This document shows positions 1 to 13,147 of a stretch of 64,000 nucleotides of DNA, piece after piece. The translations under genes were made by a program, and so were the position numbers. The notes beneath the pieces were generated by a model, which was not told the DNA's origin, did no database searches, and worked only from the letters and a program-made list of their open reading frames with translations. This stretch comes from Rhina ancylostomus. Lineage: Eukaryota. The DNA lies in NCBI GenBank assembly GCA_030265395.1, contig JARFYF010000112.1, forward strand, positions 62,910,764-62,974,763. The letters are read 5' to 3'. Position 1 is the first letter of the stretch; the number at the start of each line of letters is the position of its first letter.

Positions 1-1364
1 GAAACCCAGCTCAGAGCAGTGGGTGCAGATGGCAAGCCCCACTTGGCATCATCCCAGCCCTTGTTTCTCCCTTGTCTATTTCCAACTAACTTGCTAAATA
101 CTGCCAGCTATTTCTGTTTTTATTTCACTTACGTGAACATTTGAACATAGCAAAGACACCCCCCACCTCCGCAAAGAAAGTTAACAAACAAAGTAAAACC
201 GATATTGACTCACAGATATTTGAGCTCTCTGAAGGCATTTGGAAGATAAACTACATATGAATGTCTTTGTTACTTTAAGCATGGACAGGCAGTTCTGAAT
301 ATCTGAGGGCTGCATTATAATTGGGAAGTTCCTCCACTGTCCTTGTTTCTGGTAGGAAATACAGACAATGTTTAAAATATCAGTAATGTATTATTAGAAT
401 TTTAGGGAAGAAATCTACTTTGCTTTCTCCATTTTTTTAAAGACAGAAACAATGACTACTGAGGGTGTAAATTCCATGTGGTGACCTTATCCTTTGACTT
501 TGCTGGCAAGTTAGGTGGACACCTTATTGGTAGCAGCCCTTAAGTGTGCTACATTTACAGATCTGAGCCTGTCTGGAAGACCCTGATGGAAACATTTTGT
601 GCAGATGTGTGTACTTTGTGTAGTGCAGGTTGAACCAGACATTGAGCAGCCAATATTGTGACTGTTAAAGGGGCCATGAGCAATAGCCACACTTCTGGGA
701 GGAATAGGTTTGTGCCTTGTGTGCTGTAAAGCACACGACCCCTGCCAGCCGTGTTCAGTGCCTTCCAGTTTACCAGCATGTCTGCTGGTTAGGACAAGCT
801 AGAGTCCAGTGAGTGGCATTGCTGCCTGCCATACCCAGCTTTATTTAAACGTAGCCCTACACTGCACCTCCCTCGAGCTGGGGAAGCAGTTGCCTCATTG
901 ATCTGCAGCCTGCTTTGGCTGTGTCCAGTTTTTTCTTTTCCTCCAAGAGAGACAATGGGCCTATTTTGTGCAAAAATGTTATTGCTTTATCAGACACTGC
1001 TTACCGAAAAAGTCATCCTAGGATGATGGCCCAGATTCTCCTGACTGTAGCCAATGCCCACAGTCACACACAATGCTCCCCACATCCCCAAGTTTGGATC
1101 CAGATCCACGAGGCTAACTCTCCCATGCAGGCACCCCGCTACTGAGCAGTAAGATCCAAGCTCACCTGTGCAATTAAGTGTGCAAATGTGTAGCCACCTG
1201 GTAACTCTCAGTAAGATTTTAAGTGACAACAGGATCTCAGCAATGTAACTGACTGTCATGGGTAAGCTCGAACAACTCACCACGTCCCTGCCATGCAATG
1301 ATGTGTAGTGTGTCTCCTCCCCACCACCCCACCAACACCTGTGAACCAGCTTTGGCACTTATTG

Positions 1365-1842
1365 TAGAACATAGAATAGTATAGCATAGAACAGGACATT
1401 CGGCCCATGATGTCTGTGCTGACCATGATCCATATCTCTCCATTTTCTTCATGTTCATGTGTCTGTCTAAATGCCTCTTAAACACCAGTATTGTGTCTAC
1501 TTCCACCACCACCCCTACCAGCACGTTCCAGGCAACTACCACTCTCTGTGTAAAAAAAACTTTCCCCGCACACCTCCCTCACCTTAAAGCTATACCCTCT
1601 AGTATTTGAGACACATACTCTGGGAAAGAGAATCTGACTATCAACCCTATCTTTGCCTCTCACAATTTTATAAATTTCTATCAGGTACCCCTCAGCCTCT
1701 GACATTCCAGAGACAACAGCTCAAGTTTGTCTAACCTCTCCTTATCGCACATGCCCTCTAATCTAGGCAGCATTCTGGTGAACCTCCTCTGCACCTTCTC
1801 CAAAGCCTCCACATCCTTCCTGCAATGGGGCAACCAGAACTG
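1365..1842 (-). mobile_element. CR1/HER1 LINE 3' fragment (5'-truncated, frameshifted)
   Basis: ORF remnants QFWLPHCRKDVEALEKVQRRFTRMLPRLEG and LIEIYKIVRGKDRVDSQILFPR, typical of the CR1 ORF2 C-terminus; (ttcta)n-like tail. Confidence 0.9.
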
Positions 1843-3049
1843 AAATTGTACTTTCAAGAAACTCAACCACTCTATTTCAATTGAAAAGATTTTGCTTTTA
1901 AATTTCTGTTTCATGACATTTAAATGTAGCTTTTCCACTGCTGAAATTAATGGAAGGAAATTCAAAGCTGGGAGTTACTCATTGACAACGAGTTGACTTT
2001 GCCAAGAGCTAAAGACACATGGCCAATTGGTTATATTATTTTCAATATACATCGGTTTCCATCAAGAAATAAAATCAGAAGTTCACTTTTATACAATATT
2101 CAAATGAAACATAATCGAAAAAGAATTATGCAATCTCAAAAATGATCCAGAAGAGACAAGTTCTTCTCTCATGAACTTTTATGTACATGAGGTTCATATG
2201 GGCTGCTAGTGTGCAATGAAAACTACTCATATATCACTCTCTTCAGAAACGAAAGGTTTAAAAGTACATTATAATCTCTTTGAGGTTTAAAAGCATTTTT
2301 ACTTAGCATAAAAGTTTGGATCAGTAAGTTTTCTGTGATCAGTATGACCTTTCACTTAATTGACTGCATTGAACTATAACTGGGTAAAACAAGATAGTAT
2401 TTAATAGATAAAAATGGTTCTGAATCCAAAGAATTTAATATGATTAAATGTTTCCTGGAGATTTTCACAAAGCCTCCTAACTTTGTGTGTATTTGTCATG
2501 CAATGAAGTTCCCACAGGATTTCCAAATCTGTGTTGGTATGATAAACCAACTTGTTTTTCAAATCTGTTCATGAGATGTGGTCAACTCTTAAAAGACAGT
2601 GCATGTTGTGCCTTGTTAGATACATTGAGACTACTAGGAGTCAATCATACGGTGAACTGAAGCCACTGAACCACTGGAGCTACTATGTACATGTGAATTG
2701 GTGGAAATTTTCAACAAATTAAAATCATTTTGTTGGGTTCCCACAAAGGATCAGAAAATAGATTTCACTTTTACAATTGATTTCTGAATACATAACTGCA
2801 AGTGAACTCAGTTTCATAACACTGCATCGGTTGCCAATTTTTCAACTTTAACTATTTTTCTGGGGCAAACAGTTTACTTCCTAGAATCGGAAAAACTAGA
2901 GCAGAAGAACATTTTTGGAACATTGGTTATATGATGAAGAATTCATTGCGCAACTTCAGGTAACTTGATTTCTCTGTCTGTATCAGTCATCCATCTGTGA
3001 TATTAGCTCAGCTTGTTTGTATGTTTCTTTTCCCCCTCTGGAAGTGGAG

Positions 3050-3385
3050 GACATGCCCAGCCTGACTTGTTGCATTTGGCAACTCCCACATTCTTCTGTC
3101 TATGTCCTCACTCTGTAATTGCTCCCATTCATTCATTGATCAGATAATCTTGTTTACAATTTACCCCCCACGGTCACCCCAGTTTTACCCTACCAGAGAT
3201 ATCTCCCTTCTCCCACACTCACTGCAGTTTAACAAACTTCTTATGTCTCCTTCCCAGTTCTGATAAAGGGCCTTTGACCTGAAATATTAATTGTTTTCTC
3301 TTCTGACAGGTGCAGCCTGATCTGCTGAGCATTTCCCACATTTTCTGTTATATTTTAGATTCCAGCATCGACAGTGCTATTACTT
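3050..3385 (+). mobile_element. Penelope-like element terminal remnant with decayed hammerhead motif (3255-3293)
   Basis: cagttctgataaagggcctttgacctgaaatattaattg followed by gtgcagcctgatctgctgagcatttcc...ttccagcatc; same terminal family as 10118 and 61993. Confidence 0.7.
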
Positions 3386-4199
3386 TTATATTCATTGTGC
3401 ATTGGTTTGGTTTCACAGAGTGGAATGAAACCAAATCAAAAGGGGGATTTCAACTGCCAATGGGCTTTCCATAGGAGACTGTCAGTTTAGTTAGTTTCCT
3501 TCTTGTCTGTATGCTGATTATAAATATACTAACATGCTATACACTGATCCGTCCAATATTGTTGGAGACCTATGATGTCGTCAAACCCTGATTTAGCTTA
3601 TTATCCCAATTACTATCAAAATGGCTCTTCACAAGCAAATTAATCAAGTGTCCAGAATCAGCACTAAAAATTGGGAATGTCAGGAACCAAGGAATTTCCA
3701 CCAGAAGGGTAACCTAGGCATTGTTCTCTGTCAAACAATGAGTTAAAATCAGGGTCTTTGTGCAAATAATAAAGAACAAGAATAACTACGGCAGCCAAAG
3801 ACCAATCAGTCTACCATCAATTACTGACAAAATAATTGTATGTGAATCCAATGGTAGGCAGGCACAGTACTTAATGGTGATTCTTTAATGTAGAACAGGT
3901 GTCTAGACCTAGAAAAGAAAAAATTCAGCCCTGACAAACTTGGACTTCTGAGAATGTAACAAGTAAAACAACAGAACGTCCCATATTTTTGTTTTAGAAT
4001 TTCAGGAAGCTTTGGCAAGACTTCACAGGAAATCCTAATAAAACCCAAGATGAAATAAGAGGTTAAGTAATTTGTGAAAGGTGATGTTAGCCTTATTGGT
4101 GATCAATGACATTTGCAGTATTTGTAACCTGTTATTTCTAATCTGCACAGTCTAATGTAAAGCAGCAAATGTGATCTTGCTTAATGTGCTAACTGAAGT

Positions 4200-4800
4200 T
4201 GATGACTTGATGAAGGCCAAACCACAGCTATACAATGATTTGTATTGATTGTACTATTAGGCACATAAATGGCAATTCATATTTAACATTAAAAAATGTA
4301 AAGCAGTTGAAAATATGGCAAACAATGTAATTAATGCCTTGCTAATTTTTCAAAGCAAATAAAATTGCCAATACAGCAAGTGAAATAAATAGGATTCACT
4401 AATGCTTCATAATACAATGATCAAGTTTAAAATTCTGTATGTCATTCTGGTCACTGGAGAGACTGATCCCAACTTTACGGCGAGAGATTATGACTAATAG
4501 GCAATATTGAATGAAAGCTTAAGATGGAATTTTCTCAAGATGTAATAAGGTAGTAAAATAATGTAGTTCACCCCACAGTGTTGCCTGACATGAAGGTAGC
4601 GAAACAGGCCAAAGCACAGAAAATTTAAAGTAAAATGTAAATTAGAACACATTAGAAAAACTCAGTGTGAAATGTTTGGAATCAGTTCAGGTACATGAGC
4701 CAAGTGAAAAGCACATGGGAGTTTCAGAAAACAAATACCATAATGGAAGATTCAGAATTGGAGAGTGATGAACTTTAATAGAATAAATGAATTTGTCACA
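4200..4800 (+). mobile_element. Ancient, highly decayed CR1 remnant
   Basis: AHKWQFIFNIKKCK at about 4261-4302 resembles the CR1 RT motif ADKWQMxFNxxKC; boundaries uncertain. Confidence 0.4.
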
Positions 4801-6552
4801 TTCATGAATTTTTATTATTTTTGTTATCTAATTGAGGATATTTTGCATTGGTAATTTTTCAGAATTGTAGTGCCAAGTTAGTACGTTACCTATCTCCTAC
4901 ATCCATCAAGAACTGCTAAATTTGTTGTTAAAGTTGAGAATGAATAATGTTTTGATGAAAGTGCTAGCTCAATGGCCATGGTCGAGAGTTTTCATTATCC
5001 TTCAAACTTTGAAAACTATTAAAAGAAGAAAGTTGATGTTTGATGTTGCTTGTTCCCATCTCTTTCTGACCATGGTTGAATTTCCATTGATTCTCTACAA
5101 TTGGTATCAAGCTACTATTGTATCCACCAATGTCAGATAAAACAGAATGATCAATAGACTAATCCTTAATAAGTTGGTCTCCAAAACAAAAATTGCCTTT
5201 AATAGTTATCAGTTATATACCTTTATCAACTGTGAACTTGTAATGACTTTAGATTACAGTTCTCTATACCTGATTAATTACAATAACTGTGCCTTATTGA
5301 AGCTGTATTTATTTTTCTTATCCTTACATATCACTTTACACAGTCTTTTCATCAAAGAGGCAAAACCAGTCAGAAAGCTGGTAGTTAACATGGTTCCACT
5401 GACCTGAGGCATTTTTTCCAGTTAATAAACCCTGAAAGAAAGGTTCTTTTTAATTCTTGTCACTGACAAAAAAATGTTGTACAATTACACCAGTGTTCCA
5501 TCACATATATCAAGGAGTCCTATTTACTCACAATCTCCAGCTGCATAATGCACAATAGTATGATTGTCTCTGTGAGAATTTTTAAACAAAACCTTTTCAA
5601 AGGGCCAAGATCAAAAAGTAAAATTAATAGATGTTTTGTAAAGGTCGTACTCAGAGAAACTGGAACACTGAAGATGAAAGAGAATCACTTACCATGCAAA
5701 GGAGTATAAATCTTGCTTTCCACCTTAGCCAAATGTTCTCAAATTTTAGTGTTAGAGACAGTGTTACACTTCTTGTACAAAACATTTGTCACAATCATTG
5801 GCCATTATTTTTGCAAAAAGTTGAGCTCATTCATTTACTTTCAAATATAATAATAATGCAAATGAGGAAATCAGTTTAAGTGAATAATCTCTCCTTGAAA
5901 TCTGCAAATCACAACTTTTTCTATTTCCTTTAGAATCTTGTCCTTTATATGTAGTTTTCTCAAAAGTGTACAAGTACAGCAGTGAAGGTGTTGTTTCCTC
6001 TATCCATAATATTTAGCTGGGAAGTTAACATATTTATGCTAACTTTATTAATCTATTTAGTTTAAACAGGCTAACAACAGTGTTAATACAAACAAGAATT
6101 CCATCCAAAATGCACTAAATGGTGTCATACAAATAGCACACAAGGAAAATAAAATCCCTGAGGACTAAAACTGGTTTTCATTATTAATTTAGCATCAACA
6201 TAAATCTACTTTTAGCAATTAGAAATTTGCTTTCATGGGTCTTCATTTGAATACAAATGCACCACCTATAGTTGTTTCTATATATTGACATTTCTCATTT
6301 GCCTTTTAAAACAAATAATTGTTATCTAGAAATTCATCCCCAATTGGTGGTACTAAGCACATTATGCAGTCATGCCAGTGCAATGTATCCTGATTCCAAA
6401 ATTCATTCCATTGACTTCAAATGGAATGAATTTCAGAGACAGAGTACAATCTGCTGGCACAATTACCTGGCACATTTAGCATAATTGACAAGGGACGAAT
6501 TTCTAGATGTTATCAATGTAGATTTTGGTTTCAAAAATTTAAAGAAGTTTAT

Positions 6553-6682
6553 ACCATAGAACAGTACAGCACAATACAGGCCCTTCGGCCCACTATGTTG
6601 TGCCAATCTTTAAACCTCGCCTAAGACTATCTAACCCCTTCCTCCCACATATCCCTCTATTTTAAATTCCTCCATATGCTTA
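6553..6682 (-). mobile_element. CR1/HER1 LINE 3' end, young subfamily, runs into an assembly gap
   Basis: Near-identical to 11987-12118; both end in KHMEEFKIEGYVGGRG*. Confidence 0.9.
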
Positions 6683-6782
6683 NNNNNNNNNNNNNNNNNN
6701 NNNNNNNNNNNNNNNNNNNNNNNNNNNNNNNNNNNNNNNNNNNNNNNNNNNNNNNNNNNNNNNNNNNNNNNNNNNNNNNNNN

Positions 6783-7742
6783 CACAGGGTGGTAATAAAG
6801 GGTTGTTTTTCAAATTGGAGACCTCTCGCCAGTGGTGTACCACAGCGATCAGTGCTGGGTTCCTTGTTGATTGTCATATATATCAATGATTTAGAAGAAA
6901 ATGAAGGTGGCATGATTAATCAGAATGCAATGACACCATAAATTGTGATACAGTTGTCAGTGAACAAGATTGTCTAAGGTTACAACAGGATCTAGATTAA
7001 CTGGGAAAGTGGGCAAAGGAATAACAGATGGAATTTAACTCAGACAAGTGTAAAGTGATGAATTTTGGGATGTTAAACAAGGACAGGACATACACAGTGA
7101 ACAGCAGGGCCCTGGGGATGCTTGTCTTCATCAGTCAAGGTATTGAGTACAGTAGCTAAGATGTCATGTTACAGCTGTACAAGGTACTGGTGAAACCACA
7201 CTTGTAGGATAATGTGAAATCCTGGTCATCACAGCAACAAAGTGATTAAGCTGGAGGGGGTGCAGAAAAGATTCACAAGTTCGTTGCTGGGACTGGAGGG
7301 CTTGAGTTATAAAGAGAGACTGGAGGAACTGGGAGTGCTTTCCCTGGAGTGAAGGATGCTGGTGGTGACCTTATGGAGGTAAATAAAATCATGAGAGGGA
7401 TAGTTAAGGAAGATAGTCATAGTCTTTTTCCCAGGGTAGAGAAGTCTAAAACTAGAGTGCATAGGTTTAAGAGAGGGGAAGGATTTAAAGGGGACCTGAG
7501 GGGAAATTTTTTTCCACACAGAGAGCAGTGGGTATATGGAATGAGCTGTCAGTGGATGTGGTGGAGGTAGGTACAATAACAATGTTTAAAAGAAATTTAG
7601 ATGGGTACGTGGATAGGAAAGGTTTAGAAGGATAAGGTCAAATGCAGTTAAATGGGACTAGCTTAGGTAGGCAACTTTATTGACTTGGTGAGTTGGGTTG
7701 AAGGGTCTTTTTCTGTGCTGTATAACTTTATGACTCCATGAT
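6783..7742 (+). mobile_element. CR1/HER1 LINE 3' fragment (decayed RT and 3' UTR)
   Basis: SGVPQRSVLG, YINDLEE, GKWAKE*QMEFNSDKCKV, GDLMEVNKIMRGIVKEDSHSLFPRV; ends tataactttatgactccatg. Confidence 0.9.
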
Positions 7743-8099
7743 TCAAACAAAATAAATTTTGTAATTTACTATTTAACTATACATTTTATAGCTAAAATAC
7801 TTTTGAAAAATATATCACTTCAGCAATCTTTATTATTTTACTTAATAAAAACATTAGGGTCAATTTACGAAGATTTGAATAAACTGTAAACTAGGCAAGC
7901 AATGCTCCACAGGTATACAACAGCACAACAGGCAAATAACATTACTGAAGGTTAACAATGCCATCAGAGGCAAGCAAGTGATCTATCTACAAAAGTATTC
8001 TCGAAAGGCAAACATGAAAATGCCACCTTGTTACCAGAAGAAAAATGCTTTTTGCAACCTACACAGATTGGCTTTACTGACAAAAATTTTACCACTAAC

Positions 8100-8262
8100 C
8101 TTTTGGTAAGCCTTAGTCTCTGAAGCATGAGCATCTTCCTGATTCCTTAGCACCTTCTGGGTTTCCAGGTTGAGTGCCTGCAGCTGCCGGATGATTTCAG
8201 CTTGTTGGGCTGCATGCTCAATGCTTTCTTTGTACAAGCCTTGCAAGTCCAGTAACTCCTTC
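8100..8262 (-). CDS. CNTLN: Internal coding exon of centlein (centrosomal coiled-coil linker protein), likely orthologue of human exon 7
   Basis: Acceptor tttatcacacag|G and donor AAG|gttagt; 163 nt, phase 2 to phase 0. Translates (R)KELLDLQGLYKESIEHAAQQAEIIRQLQALNLETQKVLRNQEDAHASETKAYQK, closely matching recalled human centlein KELQELQNLYKQNSTHTAQQAELIQQLQVLNMDTQKVLRNQEDVHTAESISYQK. Confidence 0.93.
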
Positions 8263-9034
8263 CTGTGTGATAAATTTATGAATTAAATATAAACAAGTTT
8301 ATTGGCGTTTTTGTAGAAGCACGATTGCTAAAAGTGCTGATGGTCAATTGGGAACCCTACATTGAGTGTTTTTGATGTCACAATCAGACAGATTTGAAAA
8401 CAACAAGTCATTCACTGCTTATATTTTTTTATATAAACCTCAAAGCAATGTGCTTTGAATCAATTTAATTGGCTGAATCTTTGAAAATCATTACATGGAC
8501 AGAAACTTCAGATTTACATGGATCCTATATTGTTCCTTTTAGGTACCCATTAATTTTATCAAAGTAAATTTTGATCATTAATAAGGAATTTTAAAAATTG
8601 ACAATAACCCCACAAAATGCAGTCATTACCTTAGCCACACCACCTTCAAAAATTCAGCAACAACTTGCCTTTTCAGAAGTTACCATTCAGGGGGCTTTAT
8701 CCTTGGAGCTCCAATCTTTTGCTGGATATTTGTCATACTGATCCAGATTTTGTTATGTCAGGCATCTTCTACCGTCTGTCATTAGACAGACCTGTCCTTG
8801 CATGTTTAGATTTTTAAATTCCTTTGTAGGGGATCTTGCTAAAAGTGTAAGTTGATAACATTGTAGTGAGGAAAATATGCATCATGGATCTGAGCTAACA
8901 GGAAATGCAACTGGGTTTCTCCATAACCAATCTGGATGCACTGAATGAAGTTCAATCAGATACAGATTGAGAAATAAAGAGGGAGAGAAGGAATGGAAAG
9001 AAAGAGAAGAAAAAGTAAAAATAAATTGAAAAGC

Positions 9035-10180
9035 AAACCACTGTAGCTGTTGGATATCTGAGATGAAAACAGTAAATGCTGCAAATACTCAGCAGTTCAG
9101 GCATCATCTGTGGAGACAATGTATTAGGTTGATAATATTTCATTAAAATTAGGAAAAGCAGGAGGACAAAAAAGATTTAAGTTGCAGAGAGAACAATAGG
9201 TAAGAACCCTCAAATCTCTATCTGTTCCATCTTCCACACCAGTCCCCATCCCCTCTCCTCTCCACTCAGAGCAAATTTAGGGTTCCCCTTACTCTCACTT
9301 TCCATCCCACTTGTCTTCACATCCCATTGATCATCCTTAGTAACATCTTACACCTCCAACAGGATATATATCACTAGTCGAGTATTTCAAAGGACTTTTC
9401 TCACCAGGACATACTGGTTCTCTTCATCTCCATCAATACCCATTCCCTCTTTTACTGCACCCACGGGAGCTGAACACTTGCTCTTCTTTCTCCTCCCTCC
9501 CCATCCTTCAAGGACCCAAACACTCCTTCCAGGTGAAACAACAATTCACTTATACTTCTCACAATTCAGCATGTTGGACTCAGTGCTCATGATGTAGTCA
9601 CTGTAGAAACTGATGCAAAGTGGGTGACCACACCTTCCAGCAAGCTTCCTTTCCTTTTAATTTGCTACAATACCCTGAGATTCCAGTTACTAATCATATT
9701 AATTCTCCATTTCACTTCCATTCAGGCCTGTTTTTGGCTTCCTATGTTATTCCAATAAAGCTCAATGTAATTCAAGGAAAATTCTCATCTTGCAGTTAGC
9801 CACAGTATAGCCATTCAGAGAACATTGAATTTTAGATTATCAGCCACGTTGTTTCTCACACTTCCAACATATAGTTTTACCTCTCTTCTTTTCTGGTAAA
9901 TTCAGATTTCACTTATCTTTCTATTTACACCTGCAAGAAACATTGCTTCTGTTATTCACTTGTCCTTACCAACCTCTTTGAACCAATGCCATTACCACCA
10001 CTTGAGTCACTCACTTTCTCCCAGTGGCTCCATTCTGTCAAAGACCTTCTCTTTGGCTCTCTACTTCCCTCCTCCCTTTGCCTGCAGTTTAAAACATTTT
10101 TTATCACTCACATTTTCCAGTTCTGATGAAAGATTATCAATCTGTAATATTAATTGCTTCTCTCTTCACAGGTCCTCCTG
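9035..10180 (+). mobile_element. Decayed Penelope-like element: inverted terminal segment (9035-9195, minus), GIY-YIG-region remnant, and terminal repeat with hammerhead motif
   Basis: ccaaacactccttccaggtgaaacaacaattcact and the catattaattctcc..tcacttccat region parallel the PLE endonuclease remnant at 62460-62628. The terminus resumes at about 10554-10640 after a SINE insertion. Confidence 0.7.
10118..10156 (+). ncRNA. Minimal type I hammerhead ribozyme motif, probably inactivated (GUAA instead of GAAA)
   Basis: CAGTT-CTGATGA-A-AGATT(ATC)AATCT-GTA-ATATT-AATTG: stem I, intact CUGAUGA box, perfect 5-bp stem II. Confidence 0.55.
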
Positions 10181-10184
10181 ACCT

Positions 10185-10553
10185 CTGAGTCATAGAGAGA
10201 TATAGCATTGAAACAGGCCCACACTGACCATCAACCACCCATTTTACACTAATCCCACAATAATCCTTTTTTATTCTTCCCACATCCTCTTCAACTACCC
10301 CCGAACTATCCCCTCCACCCCCGAATCTACCACTCACTTACACACGAAGAGCAATTTACTGTAGCCAATTAACCTATTAACCCCACACATATTTGGAACA
10401 TGGGAGGAAAGGGGAGCATCCAGACGAATCCCAGGGAGGCACCCAGAAAAACGTGCAAACTCCATGCAGACAATACCCAAAGTCAGGATTGAACCCAGGT
10501 CTCTGGCACTGTGAGGTAGTGGATCTACTAGCTGCACCATTTGTACCACGCAA
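10185..10553 (-). mobile_element. HE1-type V-SINE (tRNA-derived head, V domain, HER1 LINE-like tail)
   Basis: Minus strand: tggtgcagctagtag...ctcacagtgccagagacctgggttcaatcc (A and B boxes), tgcatggagtttgcacgtt...tttcctcccatgttccaaa (V domain), tail gggcctgtttcaatgctatatctctctatgactc. Confidence 0.88.
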
Positions 10554-11984
10554 ATATTTGAGCCCAATTTGCCAAGTATTTCTCGCATTTTCTGTTTTTA
10601 TTTTTAAAAATATTTCTAATTTTAACTTCTGGCATTTTTAAAATCTCCAACACTCAAAATCTGAAGTAATGAAATTCCATAATCATTACAGTCAACTTTC
10701 AATGCCAGAAAGATTGACTGACAGTAATCAATGCTCATCATACCGTTCACAGGGTACTTAGACTGAAATGAACAGGATTTAAAATTTTGTTGAGTTTAGT
10801 TTATATCTACCAAGAAAATAAGCCAACCTCATGCACTTCAATAGTGAGGATAAAATTAGAGGGATGCCACAACTCAGACAACAGTTTTTGTACATCTGCA
10901 TTTAACCACAGATCTACCCCTTGCACCATTTACCCATAAATAATGGCATTCATTTGAAAGGATGTTCTGGGTATACATAACTTTTAAAAATCCATTTGAC
11001 GCCAGACCACAGATCTCAAGAATGTCTTTGTTTCCCATCAAACATTAAAGCATATGTTTAAATCTCCAGTGGAAAGCATGTACACGTGCCTCACATGTAT
11101 GAACTGTAGTCTCTGCACTCCCTTGGGATACAAAGATACATAACTCTTCCTTGTCCCAGAGCAGCAGCATGGGAAATCAAGCATATTACTAAAGGTACGC
11201 AGTATCCAGCTGATAAAGTAAATGCCTAACATAACTGAAAAACAAACCTAAAAGCTAGTGATAAGCATCAAGCAGTGAATAAATAACAACCATTAAATTA
11301 GAGAATGCAGCTAGTGTTTTGCATCAAGATTCACTTTGCTCTTTCACTATCTCCTCCAAGCAAATGTCTATTCTATAAGAAAAATAGAAAAGGACTTGGC
11401 CAAAGAAGGAAATGTCAAAAGTTAATGTTGGTATTAAACCATGAGGAATGGCAACAAGAAATTTTAAATCATTTTAATAACTTCTTTAAACACAATTTTT
11501 CATGATCAAAACAATTCTAAACAGTCGCCAAAGCCTGCAGATAGCAAGGAGTTTTTTTTTTCAAACTTGCTTCTGGCCATCATAAAGCTCAAAGAACCAA
11601 GAAACCAACAAAACTGTTTAAACAAGGAAATTTGACCAAGGCATGAAACTTTAAGTGCATTCTGGAAACTAACTGAAAGTTTTAAAAGCTGACCAGGACA
11701 CATTAAATATGGCCATATTACAGCAGTTTATCACCACTGCTGCTGAGTACATTAAATGAGTAGCTGATAAATGTATTCCGAGCTAGTTGTCACACGTTCC
11801 TTTCTTGTGACTACACAAACTGCTAATCACCCCAGTGAACATGACTGGATAGATTCCAATATGGCTCTTGGCCACACTTCCCACCCAAATCTTATTCAGA
11901 CATCGTTTCATCTTAATCTCACATCTTTTCAAAACTGAAAATGATGGGACAGAGTCCAAGATAGCAACAAGCAGACTTCCCTTT

Positions 11985-13147
11985 TAGAACATAGAACAGT
12001 ATAGCACAATACAGGCCCTTCGGCCCACCATGTTGTGCCAACCTTGAAACCTCGCCTAAAACTGTCTAACCCCTTCCTCCCACGTATCCCTCTATTTTAA
12101 ATTCCTCCATATGCTTATCTAGTAATCTCTTGAATTTGACTAATGTACCTGCCTCCACCACCAGCCCAGGCAGCACATTCCATGCCCCAACCACTCTCTG
12201 GGTAAAAATCCTTCCTCTGATAGCTCCCTTGAACTTCCCACCCATTACTTTAAATCCATGCCCTCTTGTACTGAGCATTGGTGCCCTGGGAAGGAGGTGC
12301 TGGCTATCTACTCTATCTATTCCTCTTAATATTTTGTATACCTCGATCGTGTCTCCTCTCATCCTCCTTCTCTCCAAAGAGTAAAGCCCTAGCTCCCTTA
12401 ATGTCTCTTCATAATGCATACTCTCTAAACCAGGCAGCATCCTGATAAATCTCCTCTGCATCCTTTCCAATGCTTCCACATCCTTCTTATCATGAGGCGG
12501 CCAGAACTGGGCACTATACTTCAAGTGTGGTCTAACCAGAATTTTACAGAGCTGCATCATTACCTCGCGGCTCTTAAACTCAATCCCTCAACTTATGAAT
12601 GCTAACATCCCATGAGCTTTCTTAACTACCCTATCCACATGTGAGGCAACTTTCAGGGATCTGTGGATATGGACCCCCAGATCCCTCTGCTCCTCCACAC
12701 TACCCAGAATTCTGCCATTAACTTTGTACTCTGCCTTGGAGCTTTTCCTTCCAAAATGTACCACCTCACAATTCTCCGGATTAAACTCCATCTGCCACTT
12801 GTCAGCCCAGCTCTACATCCTATCAATGTCCCTCTGCAATCTTTGACAATCCTCCACACCATCCACATCACCTTTGTGTCATCTGCAAACTTGCCAACCC
12901 ACCCTTCCCCCTCATCCAAGTCATTAATAAAAATCACGAAAAACAGATGTCTCAGAACAGAGCCTTGAGGGACACCGCTAGTCACAGCCCTCCAATCTGA
13001 ATGCACTCCCTCCACCACAACCCTCTGCTTTCTACAGGCAAGTCAATTCTGAATCCACACGGCCAAGCCTCCCTGGATCCCTTGCCCTCTGACCTTCTGA
13101 AGAAGCCTACCGTGTGGAACCTTGTCAAATGCCTTACTAAAATCCAT
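11985..13147 (-). mobile_element. CR1/HER1 LINE, about 1.16 kb 3' fragment, relatively young
   Basis: [74 protein letters not shown] across three frameshifted ORFs. Confidence 0.95.

Noticed and set aside
5692-5830. Strong minus-strand donor ATG|gtaagt with NEL-like codons upstream, a possible next CNTLN exon
   Set aside because: Stops occur in the frames examined and there is no match to the expected coiled-coil peptide.
10480-10553. tRNA-like A and B boxes
   Set aside because: This is the head of an HE1 V-SINE, not a tRNA gene; there is no cloverleaf.
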